The notes under the pieces: model-generated
The model's database searches: none
Told to the model about the DNA's origin: nothing
The model's input: only the letters and a program-made list of their open reading frames with translations
Made by a program: the position numbers and the translations under genes
Source: Polyangia bacterium
GTDB lineage: Bacteria > Myxococcota_A > Polyangia > JAAYKL01
NCBI GenBank assembly: GCA_050287845.1
Contig: JBNKCR010000065.1
Span: 14,759-78,758 of the forward strand
Length of the DNA: 64,000 nucleotides
Direction: 5' to 3'
In this document: one piece after another, positions 27,934 to 37,600 of the stretch
How the letters are laid out: every line of letters starts with the position of its first letter
Numbering within the stretch: the first letter of the stretch is position 1

Positions 27934-30477
27934 ATGCGTATATTTCCACACTCAGAAAAACACTTCACAATAATCATATTCATCGTTTTTGCCATTCTGT
28001 GCACTGTGTCATCTGCCGTATTTGCTGCGGATCCCCGGTTAAACGGCCATGCGAGGTTCAGCGCCGGAACCATCGACAAAGTGGGTCAGGAGGTTGTTCT
28101 GGAAATTGTGCTGGACATTCCCAGCGGTTTCATTCTGTACAGTCCGACCGTGGTGCCAGACGGCCCCATTGCCCTGCACATTTCACCCGATGAAAAGTTC
28201 CTGAAACCTGTGAGCGCGTGGTTCGGGGCCCCTCCCCATGTGAAATGGGACGATGCATTCGAGACCAAAGTTGAGTACTACAAATCGAGTGCCACATTTC
28301 GACGCGTATTCAATGTGGTGCGACGCCCGGACAACTCGGTGACGGTCATGGTGACAGGGCAGATATGTGATGACCGGAGCTGCTACAACCAATCCCTTCA
28401 ACTCAGCGCACCACTGGAATCCGCCCCCACCCCCTCAGCCCCGGTCACGAATCATCAACTGTCCGGCATTGTTTTTGACGAGACCCACGAGATCGGTCCG
28501 GTGACAACAACCACTTCCACTGCGGATTCCACCGGGGCGACATCAATGGCAAACCCCGAGGCACTGGGGATTGGCGCATTTCTGATTATGGCAATCGTGG
28601 CGGGATTCGGTGCACTGCTGACCCCCTGCGTGTTTCCGATGATTCCCATCACCATCAGTTTCTTCTCGAAAAACGAAGGGTTGAAACGGCGGGACAGCCT
28701 GCTCCTTGCCGGTGTGTACGCCGGATCAATCATTGTGGTGTACACCATCCCAGGGGTATTGCTCTCCATGATCTTCGGCGCCGGAAGTATGCAGCAGATT
28801 TCCACTCATCCCATCTTCAATATTTTCATCACACTGTTGCTGATTTTTTTCGGTCTCAATCTGCTTGGTCTGTTTGAATTGCGTCTTCCCGGCTGGCTTA
28901 TTAATAAATCGGCCCAGAAAGAGCAAACACTGGAGCGCAACAGTCAGAAACTCAAAAGCAGAATCGGTGGCGTTTTTTTCATGGCGGTCACATTCACGCT
29001 GGTTTCTTTCTCCTGCACCGTGGGATTTGTGGGGGGCTGGGTACTGCCACTTGCAGCACGGGGACAGGCATTCTACCCCCTTGTGGGCATGCTGGCATTC
29101 TCGAGCGCATTTGCCCTGCCCTTCTTTTTTCTCGCAGTTTTTCCGGGAATCGCAGATCGGCTGCAGGGAAAAAGCGGCGACTGGATGGTGGCGGTCAAAG
29201 TGGTATTCGGCGTGGTGGAACTGGCGGCAGCACTGAAGTTCATTTCGAATCTGGACCTCAATTTTGAGCTGGGTGTGATCACCCGAAACGTCACTCTGTG
29301 GTTGTGGGTAGCTATTTTTCTGGTGGGCGCACTCCTCATTCTGAAGGTGTTCTCCCGCAAAGGAGAGGGCGGTTCCAGACACCCCGGCGTCACCCGAATT
29401 ATACTGGCAGTGATTCTGATAGGATTTGCGGCTAAAAGTTACACCGGCATTGGCAACAGCCGTCCCCTGGGCGGATGGATAGATGGATGGCTCCCGCCGG
29501 TACCGTATCCCAGTGAAATCGGGAAACAAAGCGACGACGGCCTTCATCTGCCTTTCCTGGCCGACGACCTTAACGGTGCGCGACGTGAGGCCGTGTCGCA
29601 GAACCGGCCACTTTTTGTGGATTTTACGGGTTTCCAGTGCGCCAATTGCCGACAGATGGAATCCAATTACTTTCCCAAACCCGCCATCCGAAATCGTCTG
29701 CAGGAGATGGTGCGGGTCAAGCTGTACACCGATGGTCCCAAGCCCATCCACACGCAGCAGCGGGAGTACCAGTTTGAACGCTTCCAGACTGCCGTGTTGC
29801 CGTTCTATGTCATCCTGGACCCGGAAACCGATTCGGTGCTGGCCACATTCTCCAGTCTGGCGCGAGACGAATCGGAGTATGTGGCGTTTCTCGACGACGG
29901 ACTCAGAAAATTCAGGGAGCACCGCATCGGCGTAAGCCCCGCATCGGTTGGGGAGAACCGGATTTCTGAAAAAGACCACACCGTTCCCCCCGCCCCATCC
30001 CCGGAGAAACAGCCACCTTCAGAGGGGCCGGCGTTTGCGTTTGAACTGCCATTGCTTGTCGGTGATGGGGGTCGCAGTTCGGACGTCTTCTCCGGCCACT
30101 GGACCCTGGTGAACTTCTGGGCGTCTTACTGTGCGCCTTGCAAAAAGGAATTGGCCACCGAATTTCCCACCGCGCTGAAGCAGCACCCGGAAATCCAGCT
30201 GGTCACCATTGCAGTGGAACCCGAAGAAACACTTCCCACAGCCAGAATGTTCATACAAAGCACGGCGCTGGCCGACCACATACATCTGAGAGCGGAGGAA
30301 GACTGGCCTGAGGAAACCCTTCCACCGGAAATGATGACCCACTTCGGTATGCCTTCCACATTTCTTCTGTCACCTGAAGGAGCCCTCCTTTGGGCCCACA
30401 AAGGCGCAGTGGATGCCCGGCAACTGGACGAAGTGATTAAAAAGTTCGTTCCACAGAACGATTCGGAATCGGAGTAA
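27934..30477 (+). CDS. dsbD: DsbD-type thiol:disulfide interchange protein with an extra C-terminal TlpA-like thioredoxin domain
   Basis: N-domain QICDDRSC; TM Cys pair LTPCVFP and FSCT; thioredoxin DFTGFQCANC; second thioredoxin NFWASYCAPC...GMPSTF. Confidence 0.85.
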   Translation: MRIFPHSEKHFTIIIFIVFAILCTVSSAVFAADPRLNGHARFSAGTIDKVGQEVVLEIVLDIPSGFILYSPTVVPDGPIALHISPDEKFLKPVSAWFGAPPHVKWDDAFETKVEYYKSSATFRRVFNVVRRPDNSVTVMVTGQICDDRSCYNQSLQLSAPLESAPTPSAPVTNHQLSGIVFDETHEIGPVTTTTSTADSTGATSMANPEALGIGAFLIMAIVAGFGALLTPCVFPMIPITISFFSKNEGLKRRDSLLLAGVYAGSIIVVYTIPGVLLSMIFGAGSMQQISTHPIFNIFITLLLIFFGLNLLGLFELRLPGWLINKSAQKEQTLERNSQKLKSRIGGVFFMAVTFTLVSFSCTVGFVGGWVLPLAARGQAFYPLVGMLAFSSAFALPFFFLAVFPGIADRLQGKSGDWMVAVKVVFGVVELAAALKFISNLDLNFELGVITRNVTLWLWVAIFLVGALLILKVFSRKGEGGSRHPGVTRIILAVILIGFAAKSYTGIGNSRPLGGWIDGWLPPVPYPSEIGKQSDDGLHLPFLADDLNGARREAVSQNRPLFVDFTGFQCANCRQMESNYFPKPAIRNRLQEMVRVKLYTDGPKPIHTQQREYQFERFQTAVLPFYVILDPETDSVLATFSSLARDESEYVAFLDDGLRKFREHRIGVSPASVGENRISEKDHTVPPAPSPEKQPPSEGPAFAFELPLLVGDGGRSSDVFSGHWTLVNFWASYCAPCKKELATEFPTALKQHPEIQLVTIAVEPEETLPTARMFIQSTALADHIHLRAEEDWPEETLPPEMMTHFGMPSTFLLSPEGALLWAHKGAVDARQLDEVIKKFVPQNDSESE

Positions 30478-30557
30478 TCCGGTTTCATTGACCACGAACC
30501 TATCCCGGACGTCACACACCGCAATAAGAATATCGCTGAAACTATAAATATTTTCCC

Positions 30558-31913
30558 GTGATGGTCGACAATACTGGCATGGGATTTTTTGAACACGCCT
30601 TTCATAAAACAAATGATACTCAGCAGGGAATGCCGACAGCGTTGTGCATCAGTGAAGACAAGTCTTTTTTAAACAGTATGCGGGTTCATCTCGGTAAAAG
30701 TGGATTTGTGGCGATTGTCACCAGCAATCCCACAGAAGCCCAGGTTCTGTCGGAAGACAATAAGCTGGATGTGATTATCTGCGATTACGAGTTGTCTCAG
30801 ATAGATGGCATCAGTCTGTTTGAAAAGATTCAGGCGAGCAAAGGGGAAGGCAACACCCCTCCCACGCTGATTGTAACTGAAAAATACGCCGCACCGCTTC
30901 TTTCCCGTTGCGTCACTGCAGGCGCCTCCGGCTTACAGGCGAAAAATGAACCGATGGATATGATAATCGAAAGAATCATCTCCATCCTCGAAGACACCGA
31001 ACTTCGAAATCAACTGGAATTGTCGGTTACCAGACGTGCCTCGGAGGGGGGCACCGATCTGCTGACCCGGATTGCATCCAGAAAACATTTTTCAAGGCGA
31101 TTTTCAGCGGAGTCCGTTGCGTCCTATCGCGACAGAAACGCCATATCGTTGTTGATACTTGCCATGGACCGTTACGAGGTACTTGAGGAACGCCACGGAA
31201 CGCGTCCCATGGAAAATACCCTGGCGCACGCAGCCAAAATCATAGAGGGAGAGCTCCGCTCACGGGACTGTGTCGGCCGGTATTCAGACCACACATTTGC
31301 GATTGTGCTGCCTGAAACCACGCTGGATGCGGCGAAGGCGGTGGGGGATCGGCTTCGTCGACTCATCGGGTCGACGGAGTTCGGGAGTCTGGATGATCCC
31401 ATCCAGGTGTCACTCAGTGTGGGGGTCAGTACCCGTCCGACGGGTGTGCGTGCATCCCCCAGTGAGATGATCACCCAGGCGCTTCGCAGTTGTACCGCAG
31501 CCAGGGAAATGGGCGGCAATCGCGTGATGGCGGACAAAAAGCTGTCCGGTCAACCCATCGCATTGATTGTGGGCGCCGAAAACGCACTGCACGCGAAAAT
31601 TTCCACAAGTTTGCGCGCGGCCAGTGTGGAGGTGCGGACGGCGGAAACCAGGGAGGAAGCCAAATCCATACTGGAAACGCTGCCCACCAGAATGATTGTG
31701 CTCCTGCATACGGGTGACGACATCGCCACCCTGGATTTTCTGAGCTGGAGCCGGGACAAACATCCCAGGACCAAACGCATTTATCTCAACCCATCACCAA
31801 CACCGGCGCAACTGCAGGTAGCCATCAACAAAGCCGGAATCGACTATTACCTGGGGGACAGCTGGCAACAGCCGGACCTGGAAGCCTTCATTGAAGAAAT
31901 CGTTTTTGCCTGA
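30558..31913 (+). CDS. Receiver - degenerate GGDEF - pseudo-receiver protein
   Basis: REC (IICDYEL...DG); DLLTRIASR; RSRD-CVGRY-SDHTF in place of GGDEF; SLSVGV; GGNRV. Confidence 0.82.
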   Translation: MMVDNTGMGFFEHAFHKTNDTQQGMPTALCISEDKSFLNSMRVHLGKSGFVAIVTSNPTEAQVLSEDNKLDVIICDYELSQIDGISLFEKIQASKGEGNTPPTLIVTEKYAAPLLSRCVTAGASGLQAKNEPMDMIIERIISILEDTELRNQLELSVTRRASEGGTDLLTRIASRKHFSRRFSAESVASYRDRNAISLLILAMDRYEVLEERHGTRPMENTLAHAAKIIEGELRSRDCVGRYSDHTFAIVLPETTLDAAKAVGDRLRRLIGSTEFGSLDDPIQVSLSVGVSTRPTGVRASPSEMITQALRSCTAAREMGGNRVMADKKLSGQPIALIVGAENALHAKISTSLRAASVEVRTAETREEAKSILETLPTRMIVLLHTGDDIATLDFLSWSRDKHPRTKRIYLNPSPTPAQLQVAINKAGIDYYLGDSWQQPDLEAFIEEIVFA

Positions 31914-31926
31914 TTATCTGACGGAA

Positions 31927-32688
31927 TCAGTCGTCGAGGATGGCGACGGCCACAGAGGTAATATTATCTTTGCCACCGCGATCGTTGGCCAAATCTATCA
32001 TGCGACCGCAAATGGCATCAAAATCCCCTGCGAAAATTTCTGAAATTTCATCCCGCTCCAGATATCCGTGAAGTCCATCGGAGCACAGCAGGAACTGATC
32101 GTTCACACGAACCGAGAGAATCTGGGTGTCCACATCGACGTAGTCCTTACTGCCGACCGCGCGGGTGATAATGTTTTTGTAGGGTGCATGCTCTGCCTGC
32201 TCCCGGGTAATCACCCCTTCACGAATTTGCCAGTTCACCAGGGTATGATCTTCGGTCAGCTGCAGCGTTTCCCCGTCGCGGACGCAATAAATCCGACTAT
32301 CGCCCACCTGTGCGGTTATGGCAAACGCACCGGCAATCAGCATGGCAGATACGGTTGTACCCATTCCCTGATGCGCCGGACTCTGTTCTGCCATGCCATA
32401 CACCATGTACGTAGCTGATTGAACCGAGCTTTCAAGGAGTCTGCAGATGGCATGGGATGACTCCTGAGAAATCGGCTTGCCGGCAAAATCTTCAATCTGG
32501 CCGCGATTCCGAACTATCATGTCGTGAACTGCGTCCACGGTCTCCTGAGACGCAATCTCGCCCCCGGCATGCCCGCCCATTCCATCTGCCACTATGAAAA
32601 AACCCAGCTCCTCATCAATTAAAAATGCATCCTGATTCACTTTACGGCGCATTCCCACATGCGTCTTTCCACAGGCACGTAATCGCAT
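31927..32688 (-). CDS. PP2C-family Ser/Thr protein phosphatase (Stp1/Pph1-like)
   Basis: RRKVNQD, VADGMGGH, GMGTT, VGDSR, ITRAVG, LLCSDGL, GGKDNIT. Confidence 0.93.
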   Translation of the reverse strand: MRLRACGKTHVGMRRKVNQDAFLIDEELGFFIVADGMGGHAGGEIASQETVDAVHDMIVRNRGQIEDFAGKPISQESSHAICRLLESSVQSATYMVYGMAEQSPAHQGMGTTVSAMLIAGAFAITAQVGDSRIYCVRDGETLQLTEDHTLVNWQIREGVITREQAEHAPYKNIITRAVGSKDYVDVDTQILSVRVNDQFLLCSDGLHGYLERDEISEIFAGDFDAICGRMIDLANDRGGKDNITSVAVAILDD

Positions 32689-32827
32689 ATTCTATCTTAC
32701 CTCTGCATCATTCGGTTTGGCGTATTAGGCATTCAAAATTTATACATTTTAATAGCACATAATACGGTCGGTTGCCCAACGACTCAAGCGTTTTGGCAAA
32801 TCAAATGGCGTTTGATGTCAGAATGTT

Positions 32828-33244
32828 TTAAAGGATGGAAAAATTATCAAAATAAAAGGCGATTTCTCTCGCAGCAGACTCGGGCGCATCGGAGCCGTGA
32901 ACCGCATTTTCAGTCATACTGGCGGCATAGAGTTTGCGAATGGTACCTTCGTCCGCTTTTTCGGGATTCGTGGCCCCCATCACTTTGCGACATCTGGCGA
33001 TGGCGTCATCGCCTTCGAGCACCATGGCAACCACTTTTCCCGAAGTCATGAATTCCTTGAGACCATCAAAAAACGGCTTGCCCACGTGTTCTGCGTAAAA
33101 CGCTTCAACCTTGTCAGCAGTGAGCCGGGTCATCTTCAATCCCACCACTTTCAACCCCTCTTCTTCCAGCAACTTGATGATTGCGCCAATATGATTGTCT
33201 TTTACAGCATTGGGTTTTACTACGCATAAAGTTCGTTCCGTCAT
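32828..33244 (-). CDS. ndk: Nucleoside diphosphate kinase
   Basis: ERTLCVVKP, FYAEH.GKPFF, MGATNP, GTIR, NAVHGSD. Confidence 0.97.
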   Translation of the reverse strand: MTERTLCVVKPNAVKDNHIGAIIKLLEEEGLKVVGLKMTRLTADKVEAFYAEHVGKPFFDGLKEFMTSGKVVAMVLEGDDAIARCRKVMGATNPEKADEGTIRKLYAASMTENAVHGSDAPESAAREIAFYFDNFSIL

Positions 33245-33262
33245 AATCTGCTCTCCTGTTGG

Positions 33263-33775
33263 TTATTCATCCGGATTATCGTTGAGGTCGTCTTCGGTGA
33301 CCTGCAAATCTTCTTCAGTTGCATTGTCATCCACATTTGAGCTACCGGTTTCTGATGTACCGGATTTATCCGTTTCCGTCGGCGTATCCGGCGTTATCTG
33401 TTTTGCAGATGGCGCAACACCATATTCATTTTTCAATTTTCTTTCCAGCTTGTTGAACAAAAGACTTTCCACATACCTGGGTTGTCCCTGCAGATTCAAC
33501 TGCACCCGGACGTACTCCCGGTCATTTCTGACCACCTTCAATACCTCAAGGGCGCCGTTGGTGGTCCGCCCGCTGTCTGTGAATTCAAACAGCACATACC
33601 CCGTATCCTTGTCTTTTTCCAGGATGCGAAAGCCTTTGTCAACCCGGATAAATCGTACGGCGCAACGCCAGACAATACTCTCACTGTATGTCAATTCCTT
33701 TGAAATCGATGCTTCCGCCACGCCGCTGAGCAGCAGCAACTGGATGCCCACCAGAGCCAGAACCAATTTTTTCAT
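33263..33775 (-). CDS. Exported hypothetical protein with an acidic tail
   Basis: AGGAGGTG RBS; signal peptide MKKLVLALVG...AEA. Confidence 0.75.
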   Translation of the reverse strand: MKKLVLALVGIQLLLLSGVAEASISKELTYSESIVWRCAVRFIRVDKGFRILEKDKDTGYVLFEFTDSGRTTNGALEVLKVVRNDREYVRVQLNLQGQPRYVESLLFNKLERKLKNEYGVAPSAKQITPDTPTETDKSGTSETGSSNVDDNATEEDLQVTEDDLNDNPDE

Positions 33776-33871
33776 CGCACACCTCCTGTAATACCTTGTA
33801 CTACAAAGGCACACATTAACCAATTTTTTACAACGGTTTTTCCCCGGAATATCGGGCGATGAAGATGAATG

Positions 33872-34612
33872 TTATTGGTCGGTGAAAAAGGAGCTCTGGT
33901 AATCGGCCTCGGTCATCGGCTTTTTCTCGGCCATTTTTTCAAACACGCGAAATGTGGCCCGCTCGCGCTGACGACGGTTTTCCGGGGTGGGGCCGGGGGC
34001 CGGGGCAACCGATGAAGTTCGTTGCTGGTGCCTGCCCACAAGATTGCGAAGCGCTGAACTGGTGTGTCCTGAGGACTCCTCTGCCACCAGTTCGCCCTTC
34101 TTCGCCTCCCACATATCCACTGCGGCCCCCCCCAGGCTGCCATCGAAAATTTTGATGTGATATCGTTTGGCATCGTCATCCGCATTCGCCGGATCTCTCT
34201 GGGAAGACGCGGGAATCGCTGCGGAGATAAAATACCCGCCACCAAACCGGTTCGGCTGGATGTTCACTTTTCCCGCCAGTTGATTCAGAATGTATGTCTT
34301 CACTGATTCAATGGAATGCGTCCCCTCGAATCGCCTGACGTTTTCGCCGGCATTTACCGGAATCATTCCCCTGGGCATCCGGATGCCAAACACCATGTGG
34401 GTGCCGTGGGCCAGCACCGGTGAAGTCAGCTCCGGGTCAACCCGCTGCGGCGCGGATACCGGTGCAGTATCCGCTGCCACCGGAGATGCCTCCACGACCA
34501 CTTTCAGGTCGGTATCCGCCGAAGTGTCCACCTCCGTGCGCTGCCGTTTACAGCCAACAGTCCCCCACAATAGAAGCAAACCACCCAGATAAAGTGGAAG
34601 GTGCCGCAGCAT
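33872..34612 (-). CDS. Hypothetical lipoprotein
   Basis: Lipobox TVG-C; starts 1 nt after the pilY1 stop. Confidence 0.7.
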   Translation of the reverse strand: MLRHLPLYLGGLLLLWGTVGCKRQRTEVDTSADTDLKVVVEASPVAADTAPVSAPQRVDPELTSPVLAHGTHMVFGIRMPRGMIPVNAGENVRRFEGTHSIESVKTYILNQLAGKVNIQPNRFGGGYFISAAIPASSQRDPANADDDAKRYHIKIFDGSLGGAAVDMWEAKKGELVAEESSGHTSSALRNLVGRHQQRTSSVAPAPGPTPENRRQRERATFRVFEKMAEKKPMTEADYQSSFFTDQ

Positions 34613-34613
34613 G

Positions 34614-37600
34614 TCAGCTACCTCCCGTCACAATGGACCAGGAATCAATGCCCACGCGGGTGAAGCCCTCTTGAGGCGCCGGCAAATCGAGGGCAATGGT
34701 ATCAATCTGCGGTGGTGTGCCGGCACTGGACGACGGTTCGGTCGGAGGCGCCGCCGGATTGGCCCGTTGCACCATCAGCGTAAACCCTTCCCGGCCGCCA
34801 CACGACGGTCTTCGTACCAGCCGAAGTCCGGTCAGCACGGTACCATCATACACTTCAAATGGTTGCAGCTCCGTCTCATCCGGCAACTGGAGCTGGGGAT
34901 ACACATCCGAACCGGTGCCGTCGGTGGTGGTCAAGGCGTTGAAATTCACGCCCCAGATTTTCGATCCACCATCATCGCAGGCGTTCTGACTGGCGTTTTC
35001 AAGGGGGGTGAATGTGGTAAAATACGCCACTTTATTGAAAACAAATATTCTTCCCAATAATTTCTCGCCCAGTCCAAAAAAGTCGTACCCGCCAATATTG
35101 GCACGACCATCGGCGGCGGCAGTGTTTTCCCCCGAGGCAGAGGGAAACATTTCATTTTCGATGTTTGCCAGTTCTGTCCCGGGCGCCATGGTCAATGGTT
35201 TGTCCGGCACCCCTTCACCCAACCACCAGTTCACTTCCGGACTGCCCATCGTCAGCACGGATGAAGTGACATCATCGGTGGCATCATCCGAAGTGCCACC
35301 ATCATTGAACGACATCTGAATATCCGGCTTCTGGGTAATGGAGAACACCCGGTGATGATCCAGCGTTTCCAATCCATCCACCTGCCCGGTACCGAACAGC
35401 AGCACATTGTTGCGCTCCTCGTCCTGCACGATGGTGGGGGGCGCGAGCATGGGAATTCGCGGGAACGGATAGGCCTTGTTGGCACACGATTTTCCGGTAC
35501 ATTTGTCGGTGCCCAAATCCTCTTTGGCTCGCCCTGCTGTCTGAAAAATCGCCTCAATTTCCGCGGTGGTGCATGCCAGAGAGACATCGGTCTGCTTGGA
35601 CGTACAACATTCCGAGAACCCGGCATCGCCCGCTGCGTTATCGTCTTCGTCACTCAGGCAATCCCGGTAGGGAAAATGCTCGGCCAGCAGGGTATCGAAG
35701 AACAGGCGCAATTTCCATTCAGTGGGATCCATGCTGCTCATGTCAATCTGCCAGATACGGCCGCGGTCGTCCCCGATGAACGCCTGATCCGCCACCTTGC
35801 CCGTGCGAATACTGTTGGGAACCACCGGTTGACCGATAAGCTGCGCCACCCGGGCGCTCTGTCGCACTTCCGCCTGGGTTCCGGTAAAAAGCGGCGAATC
35901 AAAGATGCCACTGGCAATATTATCCGCATCCACATCGCCATCCACCGTGGGGTCCAGATAACGAATCAGTTTGCCGTCCGCCAGTCGAACAATGTACACC
36001 CCGGTGGCAATCTCCATCCCCCCATTCTCGCTGGTTCTGTATCCTCCGGGCAAAATGGCCACAGCCACCTGATGTTTCATTGATGAACTTGTATTTTCTT
36101 TAGGTGGTATCCCTTCAATGTATACATACGCCAGTTCCGGACGGGAGAGCGCCATGCCCATCTTCGCGAATCTGGCCCGCATCAGAGAATAGTCCGACAT
36201 GGGGTCTTCACCGGAGGCCGCGTATTTCGGGGCGTTCACCCCATACTCGTCCGGAGAAAGCTCCCAGCGGTACACCGGGCGATGCTCCGGCCCCCGGGTC
36301 ACATCCAGGGCATAATACCCAAATCCGCCCTTGCCAAGACCTCCTACCACAATGGAACGCCAGTAATCCAACTCATCCACCGAAGTGTCGGTGTTGTTTT
36401 TATACAGAAGCACATCCGCCGCCACCGGCGATGCATCCACACCGAACATGTGCTGATAGCCACTTTCGGTAGTGGTGTCGAGTTCGTATGACGATACCCA
36501 CTCGTCATCGGTGGTATCGGATGTCCCCTTGTCATCCCACTTGTATTCCCTGAGCACCCGCACCGGGAACTGTTTTCCGATACCGGGCAACAGCGGCGAG
36601 GGAATGAACCCCCACCCTTCCGCATCCAGATCCGTGTGTCCGGTCAGCCCCGACATCACATTGAACGAATGAAGAATGCCATCATTGGTTCCCACATAGA
36701 GCAGGGGCTGACGCGTACTCATCAACTGGTTGGGCGTCTCGATATCCCCGGCCGGGCCTTTGACCCAGCCAGAATTATTGTTTCGGAATTCCTGATAGGA
36801 CGCATAGGGCACCCGCTCGTTGGGAGCCGTCAGCACCGTCGGTGTGGAGTTGTAAATATCGCCCAGCGGATGCTCCCCCCGGGGGGTGGCATCGTCATTG
36901 CCATAGAGATACTCGGCAACCGCATCCACATACAGATGTTCGGTTTCAGACCCGGTTTCTTCAATTCCCAGATCGTTGTCATAAAGCGGTGCGGTCGAAT
37001 TGTCGAATTCCACCAGCAAATCCACGAGCCCTTTTTTGAACTGCGGGTCTGTGGAGTATGCCAGGTCACCGTCCGTAATGTCCGGTTTCCGCACGTACAG
37101 CCGTCTTTCCGTCTGGTCTTTCAGCATGTTGTGGAAAGCATCCGGGGAGCCCACCGCGCCGCCGTCGCTGCTGTCTGTTCCTTCCTCGAAGGTGCATTGC
37201 TGCCCCTGGCGATACAGATACCCTTTCCATGGCCCGGCGGTCTCGGAACGGTACCCCGAGTTGAACACAAACTGGGCCGCTGCCGTGGGGGTTTCCACAC
37301 TGGCATCCGGGTTGGTGGCGGTGACAATCTCCGTGCGGGTTGAAACGGTTTCGGGCGATATGGACTGGAGAACCATGCTCAACACCTCAGTGAGCTCCGC
37401 CGCGCTGTCCACAAAAATGGCCCCATTTTCCTCGCCATCATCTGCTTCGCCGCCGCAGTTGTTTTCATCCTGCTCACACCACTCGCTTTGCATGACCGAA
37501 GCATCTTCCACACTGGGGGTGCGCCAGGGAGGCTGGCGAAATGTTCCGCTGGCATTTATGGATACATATGGCAGCACGTTTGCATCCGTCGGCCACCCCG

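Noticed and set aside
28726..29979. 417-aa minus-strand ORF, and similar long antisense ORFs inside A2M, pilY1 and the PKS genes
   Set aside because: They fully overlap well-supported genes on the opposite strand and contain no motifs; expected in GC-rich coding DNA.
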